A stretch of DNA of 64,000 nt from Bacteroidota bacterium (GTDB taxonomy: Bacteria > Bacteroidota > Bacteroidia > Bacteroidales > GCA-2748055), in the NCBI GenBank assembly GCA_039714655.1, contig JBDLIX010000002.1, positions 46,242 to 110,241 of the forward strand, given 5' to 3'. Positions 37,069 to 47,383 of this stretch are shown here, piece after piece; position 1 is the stretch's first letter; each line of letters opens with the position of its first letter. The translations under genes and the position numbers were made by a program. The notes under the pieces are model-generated. The model had not been told where the DNA came from and did not search any database. It saw only the letters and a list, made by a program, of their open reading frames with translations.

Positions 37069-39375
37069 CTATTTTTTTGTCCGTGAGGCAGCCTTGTCAA
37101 TGATCTCGCGACACTCGTCAAGGGTCAACTCTTCAGGTTTTCTGCTTTTGGGGATCCGGTAATTCTTTTTCTTGTAAGAGATGTAGGGTCCATATCGACC
37201 ATTGAGGATCAACAGATCAGGTTCTTCATCAAATTGTTTAATGTTCCTGTTTTCTTCTTCGGTACGTTTTTTATGGATGATTTCAATGGCACGATCCAGC
37301 AAAATTGTATAAGGATCATCGGCATTGTCCAGACTGAAGAATTTGGAGCGGTGACGCACATAGGGTCCGTATTTCCCCACCCCGATAATTACCTCTTCAT
37401 TTTCAAACTGACCCACATTGCGGGGAAGACGGAATAGATCCATGGCTTCCTCAAGGGTGATGGTTTCCAGACTCTGTCCCTTGAGAAGGCTGGCAAACCG
37501 GGGTTTCTCCTCATCACTTGCTTCACCGATCTGGGCAATGGGTCCGAAACGACCAATTTTTACACTCACCGGCTTTCCCGAGTCGGGATCTTCACCTAAT
37601 AATTTTTCACCTTTAGAACGCTCGGAGGTCTGGGTGGCAGAATCTACTTTTGAATGAAAAGGATTATAGAACCGCTCGATCATATTGGGCCAATTCAGAT
37701 TTCCAATAGCGATCTCATCGAACTCTTTTTCTACGGAAGCCGTAAAATTAAAATTCATGATGTTTTGAAAATTCTGTTCCAGAAAATCGTTTACGATGAT
37801 TCCTATGTCAGTTGGGAAAAGCTTGCTTTTCTCAAATCCAAATTTCTCCTGGATCACCTTTTGTGAGATTGCATCACCTTTCAGAAGCAACTGAGACATT
37901 TCGCGCAGATTGCCTTTGCGATCCTCCTTTACCACATACTCCCTTTGCTGAATGGTGGAGATGGTGGGCGCATAGGTAGATGGACGTCCGATCCCCAGCT
38001 CCTCCATTTTTTTAACCAGGCTGGCTTCAGTATACCTGGCTGGTTGCATGGTCGATTTTTCCGTAGCTTCGATCTCTTCTCTGTTCAGTGGGTCCTTAGC
38101 CTTTACAGGAGGCAACAGTCCACGCGCTTCCTCCTCCTGTTCATCATCGGTGGATTCCATGTAAAGCTTCAGAAAACCATCAAATTTCAGGACTTCCCCC
38201 GTAGCAATAAATCGTTCAGGAGCACCGGACACAATGATAGAGATGGTGGTCTTTTCCAGATGCGCTTCACTCATTTGAGAGGCAAGGGTCCTTTTCCAGA
38301 TCAGTTCGTAGAGCCGTTGTTCAGGCCTGTTGCCCTCTACAGTGGACTGATCTATGTAAGTGGGCCGAATGGCTTCGTGTGCTTCCTGGGCACCCTTGGC
38401 TTTGGTGGTAAAGTTCCTCGATTTAAGGTATTCCTCGCCAAAGGATTCCCTGATCTTTTTAGCTGCAGTGCCTATGGCAAGTTTGGAAAGATTTACAGAA
38501 TCGGTTCTCATGTAGGTAATCTTTCCCGATTCATAAAGTCGCTGAGCCACAGACATGGTCTGCTTAACAGAAAATCCCAATTTTCGGCTTGCTTCCTGTT
38601 GCAGGGTTGAGGTAGTAAAGGGGGGAGCGGGTGATTTTTTCAGGGGCCTCTTTTCAACTTTGTCGACCGTGAAATCGCTGTTCTGACATGTGGAAAGAAA
38701 TTCCCTCGCCTCCTCCAGACTATCGAATCTCTTTGAAAGATCGGCTTTGAAGTGGCTCCATCCCCCTTTTCCATCGGACACTGAAAATTTTCCGGTAACC
38801 CGGAAATACTTTTTTGGAGTAAATTTTTGTATCTCGCGCTCCTTCTCCACGATTAGCTTGACGGCCACCGATTGTACCCTTCCTGCAGATAATGACGGCT
38901 TTATTTTTTTCCAAAGCAGGGGAGAAAGCTCAAATCCCACCAAACGGTCCAATACCCTGCGGGCCTGCTGGGCATTCACCAGGTTGGTATCAATAAAGCG
39001 TGGATTATCCAGGGCGTTCAGAATGGCGTCTTTGGTGATTTCATGGAAAACGATCCTGCGGGTCTTATCTTGCTCCAGGGAAAGCTCCTCAAAGAGGTGC
39101 CATGCAATGGCCTCTCCTTCACGATCCTCATCAGTGGCAATCCATACCAGATCAGATTTTTTCGCCAGCTCCTTTAACTCTTTGACTACCTTTTTCTTGT
39201 CAGCAGGAACAATATACTGTGGAATAAAACCATCGTCCACATCAATCCCAAGATTTTTTTTGGCAAGATCCCGGATATGTCCGAAACTGGATTTGACCGT
39301 GTAGGCTTTCCCCAGGAACCGTTCAATGGTTTTCGCTTTCGCAGGAGACTCGACTATTACCAGATTCTCTATCAT
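37069..39375 (-). CDS. topA: DNA topoisomerase I
   Basis: Toprim N-terminus LVIVESPAKAKTIERFLG, active-site region ITYMRTDS, and C-terminal repeats (..GRFGPY..GKYGPYV..GRYGPYI). Confidence 0.96.
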   Translation of the reverse strand: MIENLVIVESPAKAKTIERFLGKAYTVKSSFGHIRDLAKKNLGIDVDDGFIPQYIVPADKKKVVKELKELAKKSDLVWIATDEDREGEAIAWHLFEELSLEQDKTRRIVFHEITKDAILNALDNPRFIDTNLVNAQQARRVLDRLVGFELSPLLWKKIKPSLSAGRVQSVAVKLIVEKEREIQKFTPKKYFRVTGKFSVSDGKGGWSHFKADLSKRFDSLEEAREFLSTCQNSDFTVDKVEKRPLKKSPAPPFTTSTLQQEASRKLGFSVKQTMSVAQRLYESGKITYMRTDSVNLSKLAIGTAAKKIRESFGEEYLKSRNFTTKAKGAQEAHEAIRPTYIDQSTVEGNRPEQRLYELIWKRTLASQMSEAHLEKTTISIIVSGAPERFIATGEVLKFDGFLKLYMESTDDEQEEEARGLLPPVKAKDPLNREEIEATEKSTMQPARYTEASLVKKMEELGIGRPSTYAPTISTIQQREYVVKEDRKGNLREMSQLLLKGDAISQKVIQEKFGFEKSKLFPTDIGIIVNDFLEQNFQNIMNFNFTASVEKEFDEIAIGNLNWPNMIERFYNPFHSKVDSATQTSERSKGEKLLGEDPDSGKPVSVKIGRFGPIAQIGEASDEEKPRFASLLKGQSLETITLEEAMDLFRLPRNVGQFENEEVIIGVGKYGPYVRHRSKFFSLDNADDPYTILLDRAIEIIHKKRTEEENRNIKQFDEEPDLLILNGRYGPYISYKKKNYRIPKSRKPEELTLDECREIIDKAASRTKK

Positions 39376-39428
39376 ATTTTTTAAACTCCGTCGTTTATTA
39401 ATAGATCACAAAATATATTATTAATTAC

Positions 39429-39436
39429 TATTTTTG
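39429..39436 (+). promoter_or_regulatory. Bacteroidota -7 promoter box TATTTTTG upstream of the PBP gene
   Basis: Exact TAnnTTTG, 18 nt before the ATG at 39455. The TTG start in the ORF track (39434) lies inside this box. Confidence 0.4.
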
Positions 39437-39454
39437 ACGCAAAACAGGCTGTCT

Positions 39455-41848
39455 ATGGTCAAGAAACCCGGCAAAACTACAAAATATTTAATCATCCTAT
39501 GGTCACTATACACAATACCTGTGCTATTGTTCATTGTGATCATGGTTTTAATTGGAAATGGTAAAATGGGATTTATGCCCGATTTTGCCCAATTGGAGAA
39601 TCCTCAAACCAATCTTGCCTCAGAACTTATTACCGAAGATAATGAGTTGCTTGGGAAGTACTTTATAGAGAATCGTACGTTTGTAAATTTCGACGATCTT
39701 GCACCCCACCTGGTAGATGCCCTGATAGCTACTGAAGATGTGAGGCACTACAGGCATTCCGGAGTAGATATGCGCAGTCTCTCAAGGGTACTGATCTATT
39801 CTCTGTTGCTGGGAAAAAATGAAGGAGGCGGAAGTACCATTTCTCAGCAGTTAGCCAAGAACCTGTTTCCCAGGGACACAACCATCCGGCGATCCAGTAT
39901 AGGTAGGGCGGCTCATCTGGCAGTAAATAAGTTCAAGGAGTGGAATACCGGAGTGAGGCTGGAACGCAGTTATACAAAAGATGAGATCATTACAATGTAT
40001 CTGAACACCGTCTCTTTTGGCGGAGAATCGATTGTAGGTATCAAATCTGCTTCCAGAACATTCTTCAATGCCACTCCCGATTCCATCACCCTGGAGCAGG
40101 CAGCTGTTCTTGTGGGTATGCTGAAAGCACCCACCGCTTATAATCCCAGGATCAACCCGGAACGCTCTTTTCATCGGCGGAACACTGTGATCAGCCAGAT
40201 GGAAAAATATGGATATCTCCAGGAAGAGGTAGCCGATTCCATCAGTCAGCTCCCCATCAGTGTGGATTATAACCTGGCCAGTCACCTTACCGGACATGCC
40301 AAACATTTTCGCACTTTCCTCTCCAAGTTCATGAACAAGGAGAAGCCAGAACCACCGTCCAGGAGTGCAGGGGCCCTGGCATGGGAGCGATACAGACGAG
40401 ATTCATTGCGTTGGTCCAATGACAGGCTTTATGGGTGGATCAATAGAAATTTCAAACCCGATGGTACGCAATATAATCTTTACAGCGATGGTTTGAAGAT
40501 CTATACCACCATCAACTACCGCATGCAGCAGTATGCCGAGGAGGCGGTGGAGGTTCATATGAAGGAATATCTTCAGCCACAGTTTTTCATAGAGAAAAAG
40601 GGCAGACGGAATGCTCCGTTTGAGGATATCTCAAGGGATCAGATCAGAACGATCCTGCATCGGTCGGTAAGGTGGACCGACCGGTATAGGTTTATGGCTG
40701 CCAGGGGAACATCCTGGGATTCCATCCTCCATGTTTTTGATCAGCCTGTTGCCATGAAGCTGTTTTCCTGGAATGGACCCATCGATACGGTAATGACCCC
40801 CATGGACTCCATCAGGTACATGAAACACATCCTGCGGGCAGGTTTCATGGCCATGGAATCTGCCACCGGTGAGGTGAGAGCTTTTGTGGGTGGTCATAAC
40901 TACAGATATTTCCAGTATGAGCATGTCTACCAGGGTCGAAGACAGGTGGGCTCCACCATAAAACCATTCCTCTACCTGCTGGCCATGCAGGAGAAATATT
41001 CACCCTGTGAAATGATCCCGCTGGTACCTATTACCTTTCCGAATATCATTGATAACAAAGATACCACCTATACTCCTACTGCTCCCGGAAGAAATGTTTT
41101 CGCTGGTAAAAAAGTTTCACTGAAGTGGGGCCTGGCCACTTCCCATAACTGGGTTTCTGCCTGGTTGTTTAAGAATTTTAATCCTGAGAATGTGATCTAT
41201 CTTATGCGCAAAATGGGAGTAACCTCTTACATCGATCCTGTTCCCAGTATGATTTATGGTCCGTCGGATATCTCCCTGGAAGAGATGGTGGGAGCATTTA
41301 ACACCTTCTCTAACCGGGGTATCTATGTAAGTCCCACTTATGTGACACGCATCGAGGACCGGTATGGCAATGTGATCTCCACATTTCATCCTGTTGAATC
41401 CGAAGCCATAAGCATGGAGACGGCCTATCTGATGCTATCCCTGCTCAGGAATGTGGTGGATATGACCGGCAGGTACAAGGGAGAGTTTTATTCAGGTACG
41501 TCCAACAGGCTTCGCGGGAGATATGAGTTTGAGGGCGAATTGGCCGGAAAAACGGGTACCACACAGAACCAGAGCGATGGATGGTTTATCGGACTGGCTC
41601 CAAAGTTAACTGCTGCAGCCTGGGTGGGAGGAGAGGACCGATCCATACACTTTGATGGCTTGGGAATGGGAGGAGGTCATAACATGTCGCTTCCTATTTA
41701 TGCAGAGTTTCTTAAGCGGGTGTATGCCGATTCCACCCTGAATATTACCCAGGAGGATGATTTTGAAAGGCCCCTGGACTTTTACGTCGATCTGGATTGT
41801 CCCGATATTATGGAGGCCAGCAGCACCAGTGATTACGATGATTTCTAA
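39455..41848 (+). CDS. mrcA: Class A penicillin-binding protein (glycosyltransferase GT51 + transpeptidase), PBP1A type
   Basis: GT51 motifs EDVRHYRHSG and GGSTISQQLAKN. Transpeptidase motifs STIKP and KTGTT. One N-terminal TM anchor. Confidence 0.93.
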   Translation: MVKKPGKTTKYLIILWSLYTIPVLLFIVIMVLIGNGKMGFMPDFAQLENPQTNLASELITEDNELLGKYFIENRTFVNFDDLAPHLVDALIATEDVRHYRHSGVDMRSLSRVLIYSLLLGKNEGGGSTISQQLAKNLFPRDTTIRRSSIGRAAHLAVNKFKEWNTGVRLERSYTKDEIITMYLNTVSFGGESIVGIKSASRTFFNATPDSITLEQAAVLVGMLKAPTAYNPRINPERSFHRRNTVISQMEKYGYLQEEVADSISQLPISVDYNLASHLTGHAKHFRTFLSKFMNKEKPEPPSRSAGALAWERYRRDSLRWSNDRLYGWINRNFKPDGTQYNLYSDGLKIYTTINYRMQQYAEEAVEVHMKEYLQPQFFIEKKGRRNAPFEDISRDQIRTILHRSVRWTDRYRFMAARGTSWDSILHVFDQPVAMKLFSWNGPIDTVMTPMDSIRYMKHILRAGFMAMESATGEVRAFVGGHNYRYFQYEHVYQGRRQVGSTIKPFLYLLAMQEKYSPCEMIPLVPITFPNIIDNKDTTYTPTAPGRNVFAGKKVSLKWGLATSHNWVSAWLFKNFNPENVIYLMRKMGVTSYIDPVPSMIYGPSDISLEEMVGAFNTFSNRGIYVSPTYVTRIEDRYGNVISTFHPVESEAISMETAYLMLSLLRNVVDMTGRYKGEFYSGTSNRLRGRYEFEGELAGKTGTTQNQSDGWFIGLAPKLTAAAWVGGEDRSIHFDGLGMGGGHNMSLPIYAEFLKRVYADSTLNITQEDDFERPLDFYVDLDCPDIMEASSTSDYDDF

Positions 41849-42330
41849 CCGGTCTGTTGTCGTTTTTTACGGTGCACAATGACCCTGTTCCCGCTGATTT
41901 CAGTCTTCCAGAAGGGATTCATGATCTCTTTCGCCTTGCGGTAATAGAGCAATGTGCGGATGCTGGTCTCCCGGGATTCTTCGCCTTGTTTGAACTCTCC
42001 ACTGAATTCATAACTGGAGGAATAGGCATGGTTGGCATGATAGATGCGAATGATCTCCACAACGGTGGCGATTACCCTGTATATTTCACCCCGGTTTGTT
42101 TCGCTGTATTCGTCTTCAAACTCTTCACAGAGCACACTGAAATTCACAATATTCTCAAGGTAACTTCTCTTTTTCCTGGCAAACATCACCTGGTATCTGA
42201 GTCCGCTCCCGGTCTCAAAATAGTATTCTGTTCCTGACTTGATTTGCGGAATCTGGATGGAGTAAGGTTTGATCTCCGATCTGTAATCGTCCCTGAAAAG
42301 GGGAAGATCCATGGGATGGGTATTGTCCAT
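41845..42330 (-). CDS. Uncharacterised cytoplasmic protein, translationally coupled to radA
   Basis: 161 aa with no TM segment or signal peptide. Its start overlaps the radA stop (ATGA). Its stop overlaps the convergent PBP stop by 4 nt. No family was recognised. Confidence 0.6.
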   Translation of the reverse strand: MDNTHPMDLPLFRDDYRSEIKPYSIQIPQIKSGTEYYFETGSGLRYQVMFARKKRSYLENIVNFSVLCEEFEDEYSETNRGEIYRVIATVVEIIRIYHANHAYSSSYEFSGEFKQGEESRETSIRTLLYYRKAKEIMNPFWKTEISGNRVIVHRKKRQQTG

Positions 42331-43688
42331 CAGCCAAAAAGGTTTTTGGGAATCTCCTGAACCCTTTTCACTTCAACAATTTCCAGACTGAATCTGGCAG
42401 GATCAATTCTTTTTCGGTTAAAGGCCGGCATAAGAATCCGTTTCATGCCCAGTTTATCAGCCTCACCCAGCCGTTGTTCAATTCTGTTAACCGGTCGAAT
42501 CTCTCCCGAAAGCCCCACCTCACCTGCAAAACAGGTAAATGGGTCCACGGGGATATCCACAGTGGATGAGAGGATGGCCGAGATCACAGCCAGATCAATG
42601 GCAGGATCGTCTACCCGGAGTCCCCCTGCAATGTTGATAAAGACATCTTTGCTGGCCAGTTTGAAATTGGCCCGTTTCTCCAGTACAGCCAGTAACATGC
42701 TTAACCGCCGGGTATCGAATCCGGTTGAAGTTCGCTGGGGAGTTCCGTATACGGCGGTGCTCACAAGCGCCTGGACTTCGATGAGGATGGGCCGGATCCC
42801 TTCTACGTTTGCAGCAATGGCAGATCCACTCAGGTCGGCCGGTTGCTGATTGATAAGCAATTCGGATGGATTGAGGATCTCACGCAGCCCTTCACCGGTC
42901 ATTTCAAACACACCAATCTCAGATGTGGAGCCAAACCGGTTCTTGCTGGAGCGGAGGATCCGGTAGAGGTGGTGTGTATCTCCTTCAAACTGGAGCACCG
43001 TATCCACAATATGTTCCAGCACCTTTGGGCCGGCAATGCTGCCCTCCTTGGTAATGTGCCCGATAAGGATCACCGGCATATGGGTCTCCTTTGCCACCTT
43101 AAGAAGTTGTGCTGCACAGTCCCGTACCTGTGAAATGGTACCCGGTGCAGATTCGATGGCTTCAGAAAAAAGGGTCTGTATGGAATCGATGATGAGTAGT
43201 TGAGGTTTTAATTGTTGTACCTGGGTGACAATGGCCTGAAGACTGGTCTCTGCCAGTACCTGGCATTTTCCATTGACTCCACCCAGTCGATCGGCCCTCA
43301 TTTTAAGTTGCTGGGGACTCTCCTCACCTGAAACATACAGGATGTTTTTATCAATATTTAGTGCCACCTGGAGGGCCAGGGTGGATTTGCCGATCCCGGG
43401 TTCACCTCCGATCAGGATCAGCGATCCGGGAACGATCCCACCTCCTAGGACACGGTTGAACTCCCCATTCTTCAGATCGATCCGGGTAACCTGGTCCGAT
43501 TGCACTTCAGCCAGGCTCTTTGGTGTGGCATAGGCTCCCTTTTCCAGGGTCGAGGAACGGACAGGTCCCTGTGGGATCCGTTGTTCCACGTAGGTGTTCC
43601 ACTGACCGCATGAATTGCATCTGCCCATCCATTTGGCAGAGTCGGCTCCACAGTTCTGACAGACATATACCGATTTTGATTTTGCCAT
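42330..43688 (-). CDS. radA: DNA repair protein RadA/Sms
   Basis: Zinc finger CQNCGADSAKWMGRCNSCGQW, Walker A GGEPGIGKST, KNRFG motif, and a Lon-like C-terminal domain. Confidence 0.96.
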   Translation of the reverse strand: MAKSKSVYVCQNCGADSAKWMGRCNSCGQWNTYVEQRIPQGPVRSSTLEKGAYATPKSLAEVQSDQVTRIDLKNGEFNRVLGGGIVPGSLILIGGEPGIGKSTLALQVALNIDKNILYVSGEESPQQLKMRADRLGGVNGKCQVLAETSLQAIVTQVQQLKPQLLIIDSIQTLFSEAIESAPGTISQVRDCAAQLLKVAKETHMPVILIGHITKEGSIAGPKVLEHIVDTVLQFEGDTHHLYRILRSSKNRFGSTSEIGVFEMTGEGLREILNPSELLINQQPADLSGSAIAANVEGIRPILIEVQALVSTAVYGTPQRTSTGFDTRRLSMLLAVLEKRANFKLASKDVFINIAGGLRVDDPAIDLAVISAILSSTVDIPVDPFTCFAGEVGLSGEIRPVNRIEQRLGEADKLGMKRILMPAFNRKRIDPARFSLEIVEVKRVQEIPKNLFG

Positions 43689-43706
43689 ATCCCGGTCGTT
43701 TCGCTA

Positions 43707-43714
43707 TAAAGTTA
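43707..43714 (-). promoter_or_regulatory. Near-consensus -7 box TAACTTTA upstream of radA (part of a shared 13-nt motif)
   Basis: One mismatch to TAnnTTTG, 18 nt before the radA ATG. It is embedded in TTTGATTAACTTT, which is identical to the panD upstream sequence. Confidence 0.3.
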
Positions 43715-43735
43715 ATCAAACCAATGAAATGCGGT

Positions 43736-44221
43736 TCAGGTCGATTTTTTGATGATAGAACTGGTGGAATAGCCTTCAAGCAGGGGAATGATTTCGACCC
43801 TGCCACCCCATGAGGTAACTTCCATGTAACCCACAACTTCTTCCACTTCATAGTCCCCTCCTTTTACCAGGATATGGGGTTTGACAGCGTGAAGCAGATT
43901 CAGGGGTTTATCTTCGTGAAAGATGATTACAAAATCAACGAATACCATTGCAGCAAGCACCTCTGCCCTGGCTTGCTGCGGGTTTACCGGTCTCCCCGGT
44001 CCTTTGAGCTCCGATACCGATGCATCGCTGTTAAGTCCCACCACCAGTATATCTCCCAATTCTCTTGCCCGTGACAAATTATAGACATGTCCACGGTGCA
44101 GCAGGTCGAAACAACCGTTGGTGAAGACAATCCTGTTCTGCTTCCTGAACTGTGGAGTGAACCGTTTTTCAGCTTCTTCAGCAGTGATTATTTTCCCTGT
44201 TATATCTTCGTAAGTCAGCAT
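43736..44221 (-). CDS. Cytidylyltransferase-fold adenylyltransferase (RfaE domain II-like, D-glycero-beta-D-manno-heptose-1-phosphate adenylyltransferase family)
   Basis: 161 aa with the motif [13 protein letters not shown]. Confidence 0.85.
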   Translation of the reverse strand: MLTYEDITGKIITAEEAEKRFTPQFRKQNRIVFTNGCFDLLHRGHVYNLSRARELGDILVVGLNSDASVSELKGPGRPVNPQQARAEVLAAMVFVDFVIIFHEDKPLNLLHAVKPHILVKGGDYEVEEVVGYMEVTSWGGRVEIIPLLEGYSTSSIIKKST

Positions 44222-44222
44222 A

Positions 44223-45260
44223 TTAATCAGCCGGTTGTGTATGATTATTTTTTTTTCGTGCCAGCATCAGCAACAGGTAGGAGGTTGCTCCCAGTATGAT
44301 GGTAAGTATGGAATTGGACTCATGAGCCAGGATCGCATAAGCGTTCCCTTGTTCCAGCGAAAGACCATACACGAAAAAGAGTCCCCTGGAAGTGATCCAG
44401 TGAAAAGCTCCGATTCCGGCCGTTACAGGTGCAGACATTCCCAATGCACCGATCACCAGTAAAAACATGCCATCAATAAACGTAAGCCCGGCAGTCTCTT
44501 CAAGTGCAAATACCACCATCCATGTCATCATTATATAGAAGAACCAGATCAAAACGGAATGCAGTACAAATTCCCATTTCCGCTTCATTCTAAAGATGCT
44601 TTTCAGTCCATCTAATACACCCTTAAGGATATTGCTGATCTTACGGATAAGCACAACCTGTACCAGTTGTTTCCGGAAAAGGTAAAGCAACAGGATGATC
44701 ACTGAAAAGAATCCGATGATCAACAACCAGAAAACAGCCGTACCTCCAAAGGTATCCATCATTTTTTGTCTCAGAGGATCAAATACCTGCTGAGTGAAAA
44801 ATGCGCCGAATTTCTCCATCCAGCTGACCAGAAGAATCAACATGATCAGGAACAGCATCATAAGATCAATAACGCGTTCTACAATCACAGTCCCGAAAAG
44901 TGAATCTACCGGAATCTTTTCTCTCTTTCCAAGGGTTACACAGCGAGTCACCTCACCTAGCCTTGGAAGTGCAAAATTGAAAAGATAGCCTACCATCACA
45001 GAATGGTATGTGTTTTTGAATGACGGCTTGAATCCCAGGGGTTCAATGAGCAATACCCAGCGACGGGCACGGAAGAAAAAACTGATGAATGCAAAAAAGA
45101 GCGAAAGTCCGATCCACCAGAAATTGGTCTCCCTGAGGGTGGCCCAAAGCTCATCAAATGCAATGCCCCTGAATGCAAAATAGAGCAATAGAATTCCCAA
45201 TGCCAGGAATCCAGCGATTTTCAAAATCTGGAGTATGGCTTTTTTCAAAGGAGGGGTCAA
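44223..45260 (-). CDS. Flippase-like / lysylphosphatidylglycerol-synthase-TM-region family membrane protein (UPF0104)
   Basis: 345 aa, about 8 TM segments, [15 protein letters not shown] block. It overlaps panD by 4 nt. Confidence 0.75.
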   Translation of the reverse strand: MTPPLKKAILQILKIAGFLALGILLLYFAFRGIAFDELWATLRETNFWWIGLSLFFAFISFFFRARRWVLLIEPLGFKPSFKNTYHSVMVGYLFNFALPRLGEVTRCVTLGKREKIPVDSLFGTVIVERVIDLMMLFLIMLILLVSWMEKFGAFFTQQVFDPLRQKMMDTFGGTAVFWLLIIGFFSVIILLLYLFRKQLVQVVLIRKISNILKGVLDGLKSIFRMKRKWEFVLHSVLIWFFYIMMTWMVVFALEETAGLTFIDGMFLLVIGALGMSAPVTAGIGAFHWITSRGLFFVYGLSLEQGNAYAILAHESNSILTIILGATSYLLLMLARKKNNHTQPAD

Positions 45261-45607
45261 TTTATTTTATTGGAGTCGGTATCGGGGAAAATAAGGGCAG
45301 GTTTAAATGATTTTGCTTCAACGAAGTCCATGGAAGCATAGGAGATGATAATGATGATGTCTCCAACAGCCACTTTACGTGCTGCTGGTCCGTTCAGACA
45401 GATCTGGCCCGTTCCTCTTTCTCCAGTGATCACATAGGTCTCAAGACGTTCGCCATTGTTGATATTTACAATTTGAACCTTCTCATTTTCAATGAGATTA
45501 GCAGCATCCATCAAATCTTCATCGATGGTGATACTCCCAATGTAGTTCAGATCGGCTTCGGTTACTGTAACCCTGTGTATTTTCGATTTGACAACTTCAA
45601 TATTCAT
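45257..45607 (-). CDS. panD: Aspartate 1-decarboxylase
   Basis: 116 aa. [21 protein letters not shown] contains the Gly-Ser self-processing site. Confidence 0.95.
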   Translation of the reverse strand: MNIEVVKSKIHRVTVTEADLNYIGSITIDEDLMDAANLIENEKVQIVNINNGERLETYVITGERGTGQICLNGPAARKVAVGDIIIIISYASMDFVEAKSFKPALIFPDTDSNKIN

Positions 45608-45626
45608 GACTGTAGTTTTCCGGTTA

Positions 45627-45634
45627 CAAAGTTA
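45627..45634 (-). promoter_or_regulatory. -7 box TAACTTTG upstream of panD (part of a shared 13-nt motif)
   Basis: Exact TAnnTTTG, 19 nt before the panD ATG. It overlaps the panC stop codon. Confidence 0.35.
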
Positions 45635-46474
45635 ATCAAAATAAAGATTATCAATGAGTCTTACCCCACCTAAATGTACAGCTATGCAGCCCACTTTGTT
45701 CACCTGATCTTCCCAGGAGACAATCGGTTTAAGCTCTTTATCTTCAACAATTTCAAAATATTCCAGTTGCATCAACGGCTGATCCCTGAATTGTGAGATG
45801 ACCCAGGATTTTACTTCAGCAGGTGAAAGCAACCCTCTCTTCTCCCGGGCAAGTTGTAATGTAATATAAATGAATGATGCCAGTTTCCTCTCATTCCGAT
45901 TGAGGCGGACGTTTCTCGAGCTCATGGCCAGACCGTCCTCTTCCCGGATGATGGGACACTCCACAATATCCAGATTCATATTTAAAATTTCCACCAGGCG
46001 TCGAATAATTACCAGTTGTTGAAAATCCTTCAGGCCGAAATATGCCCGGGTTGGATGGACCGTTTCGAAAAATTTGCTTACAATCTGGGCAACTCCATTG
46101 AAATGCCCCTTTCTATGTTTACCCTCCATGACCTTGTCAAGATTTCCCAGATCGAATGTTCGTGTGTCTTCCTCAGGATACATCTCCATCACCGATGGAA
46201 CAAATACCAGATCAACATTCAAAGATTGAAGCAGCTCCAGATCCTGATCCAGCGTTCTGGGATATTTTTCCAGGTCAGCCGGATCGTTAAATTGAGAGGG
46301 ATTTACAAAAATGGTAACCACAACAATATCATTCTGACCTGCCGCTTTTTCAACCAGCGATGTATGTCCCTGGTGTAAAGCCCCCATGGTAGGTACCAAT
46401 CCGATGCTTTTACCTTTATTGAGGAGGGCATCGAGGTGCCGGGCAAGATCTTGTTTGGTCCTGTAAACTATCAT
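45632..46474 (-). CDS. panC: Pantoate--beta-alanine ligase
   Basis: LVPTMGALHQGHTSLV (HIGH-type motif). 280 aa. Confidence 0.95.
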   Translation of the reverse strand: MIVYRTKQDLARHLDALLNKGKSIGLVPTMGALHQGHTSLVEKAAGQNDIVVVTIFVNPSQFNDPADLEKYPRTLDQDLELLQSLNVDLVFVPSVMEMYPEEDTRTFDLGNLDKVMEGKHRKGHFNGVAQIVSKFFETVHPTRAYFGLKDFQQLVIIRRLVEILNMNLDIVECPIIREEDGLAMSSRNVRLNRNERKLASFIYITLQLAREKRGLLSPAEVKSWVISQFRDQPLMQLEYFEIVEDKELKPIVSWEDQVNKVGCIAVHLGGVRLIDNLYFD

Positions 46475-46524
46475 TCCAAATAAGTGAGGGCAAATATAGA
46501 TAAAAAGGAATCAAATATTTTTAG

Positions 46525-46532
46525 TAAATTTG
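46525..46532 (+). promoter_or_regulatory. Bacteroidota -7 promoter box TAAATTTG upstream of the short GT5 gene
   Basis: Exact TAnnTTTG, 23 nt before the ATG at 46556. Confidence 0.35.
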
Positions 46533-46555
46533 CATGATTTCTAATAGAGCCGTGC

Positions 46556-47368
46556 ATGATGGAAAGTAAAAAGGTATTATTTGTTTCTCAGGAGATTACA
46601 CCTTATTTACCCGAAACTGAGCTTTCCCTTATTGGCAGAACACTCCCGCAGGCAATCCAGGAAACTGGTAAAGAGATTCGCACTTTCATGCCTAAATACG
46701 GGAATATTAATGAGAGAAGGAACCAGTTACATGAGGTGATTCGCCTGTCGGGTATGAATCTGATTATTGATGATACGGACCATCCGCTGATCATAAAGGT
46801 AGCATCCATACAGGCTGCCAGAATGCAGGTCTATTTCATCGATAATGAGGACTATTTTCAACGGAAGAATACCGTGGTTGATTCCCAGGAAAAGTTCTTT
46901 GAAGACAATGATGAGCGCATGATCTTTTTTGCGCGTGGCGTCCTCGAAACAGTACGAAAATTGCGTTGGTCGCCCGACCTGGTACACTGCCATGGTTGGT
47001 TTACATCACTTGTACCATTATATATTAAGAAAGCCTACCGTGAAGACCCACTGTTTGTCGACTCAAAAGTGGCCTTCTCCTTTTATGATAATGGTTTTGA
47101 TCTTCCGCTGAATTCATCTTTTTCTGAAAAAATATTGATAGACGGCGTTTCCCCGGATCATGTTTCTATGGTGGAAAAGCCCTCTTATGAAAACCTGGTC
47201 AATCTTGCCGCCACCTATTCGGATGGATTGATCCAGGGAAGTCCAAATCTTCCAGAACCAGTTTCAGAGGTGCTGAAGAAAACAGGTAAACCAACCCTGG
47301 ATTATGTGGGTGGTGAAAAATATGTGGAGGAGTTTTCCGTTTTCTATGACAGTATCATCAATGATTAA
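46556..47368 (+). CDS. Short glycogen/starch-synthase-like protein (GT5 N-terminal domain only)
   Basis: 270 aa. VLFVSQEITPYLPETEL..MPKYG.. resembles the starch-synthase catalytic N-domain. The C-terminal GT-B half is absent, yet the ORF is intact. Confidence 0.75.
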   Translation: MMESKKVLFVSQEITPYLPETELSLIGRTLPQAIQETGKEIRTFMPKYGNINERRNQLHEVIRLSGMNLIIDDTDHPLIIKVASIQAARMQVYFIDNEDYFQRKNTVVDSQEKFFEDNDERMIFFARGVLETVRKLRWSPDLVHCHGWFTSLVPLYIKKAYREDPLFVDSKVAFSFYDNGFDLPLNSSFSEKILIDGVSPDHVSMVEKPSYENLVNLAATYSDGLIQGSPNLPEPVSEVLKKTGKPTLDYVGGEKYVEEFSVFYDSIIND

Positions 47369-47383
47369 TCCATTACAACGTAG

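Noticed and set aside
36491-39304. Long plus-strand ORFs 36491-37162 (223 aa), 37945-38610 (221 aa) and 38690-39304 (204 aa)
   Set aside because: They lie entirely antisense to the well-supported arginase-fold and topA genes. Their translations are low-complexity (Ser/Arg/Phe-rich) with no recognisable motifs. These are typical shadow ORFs.
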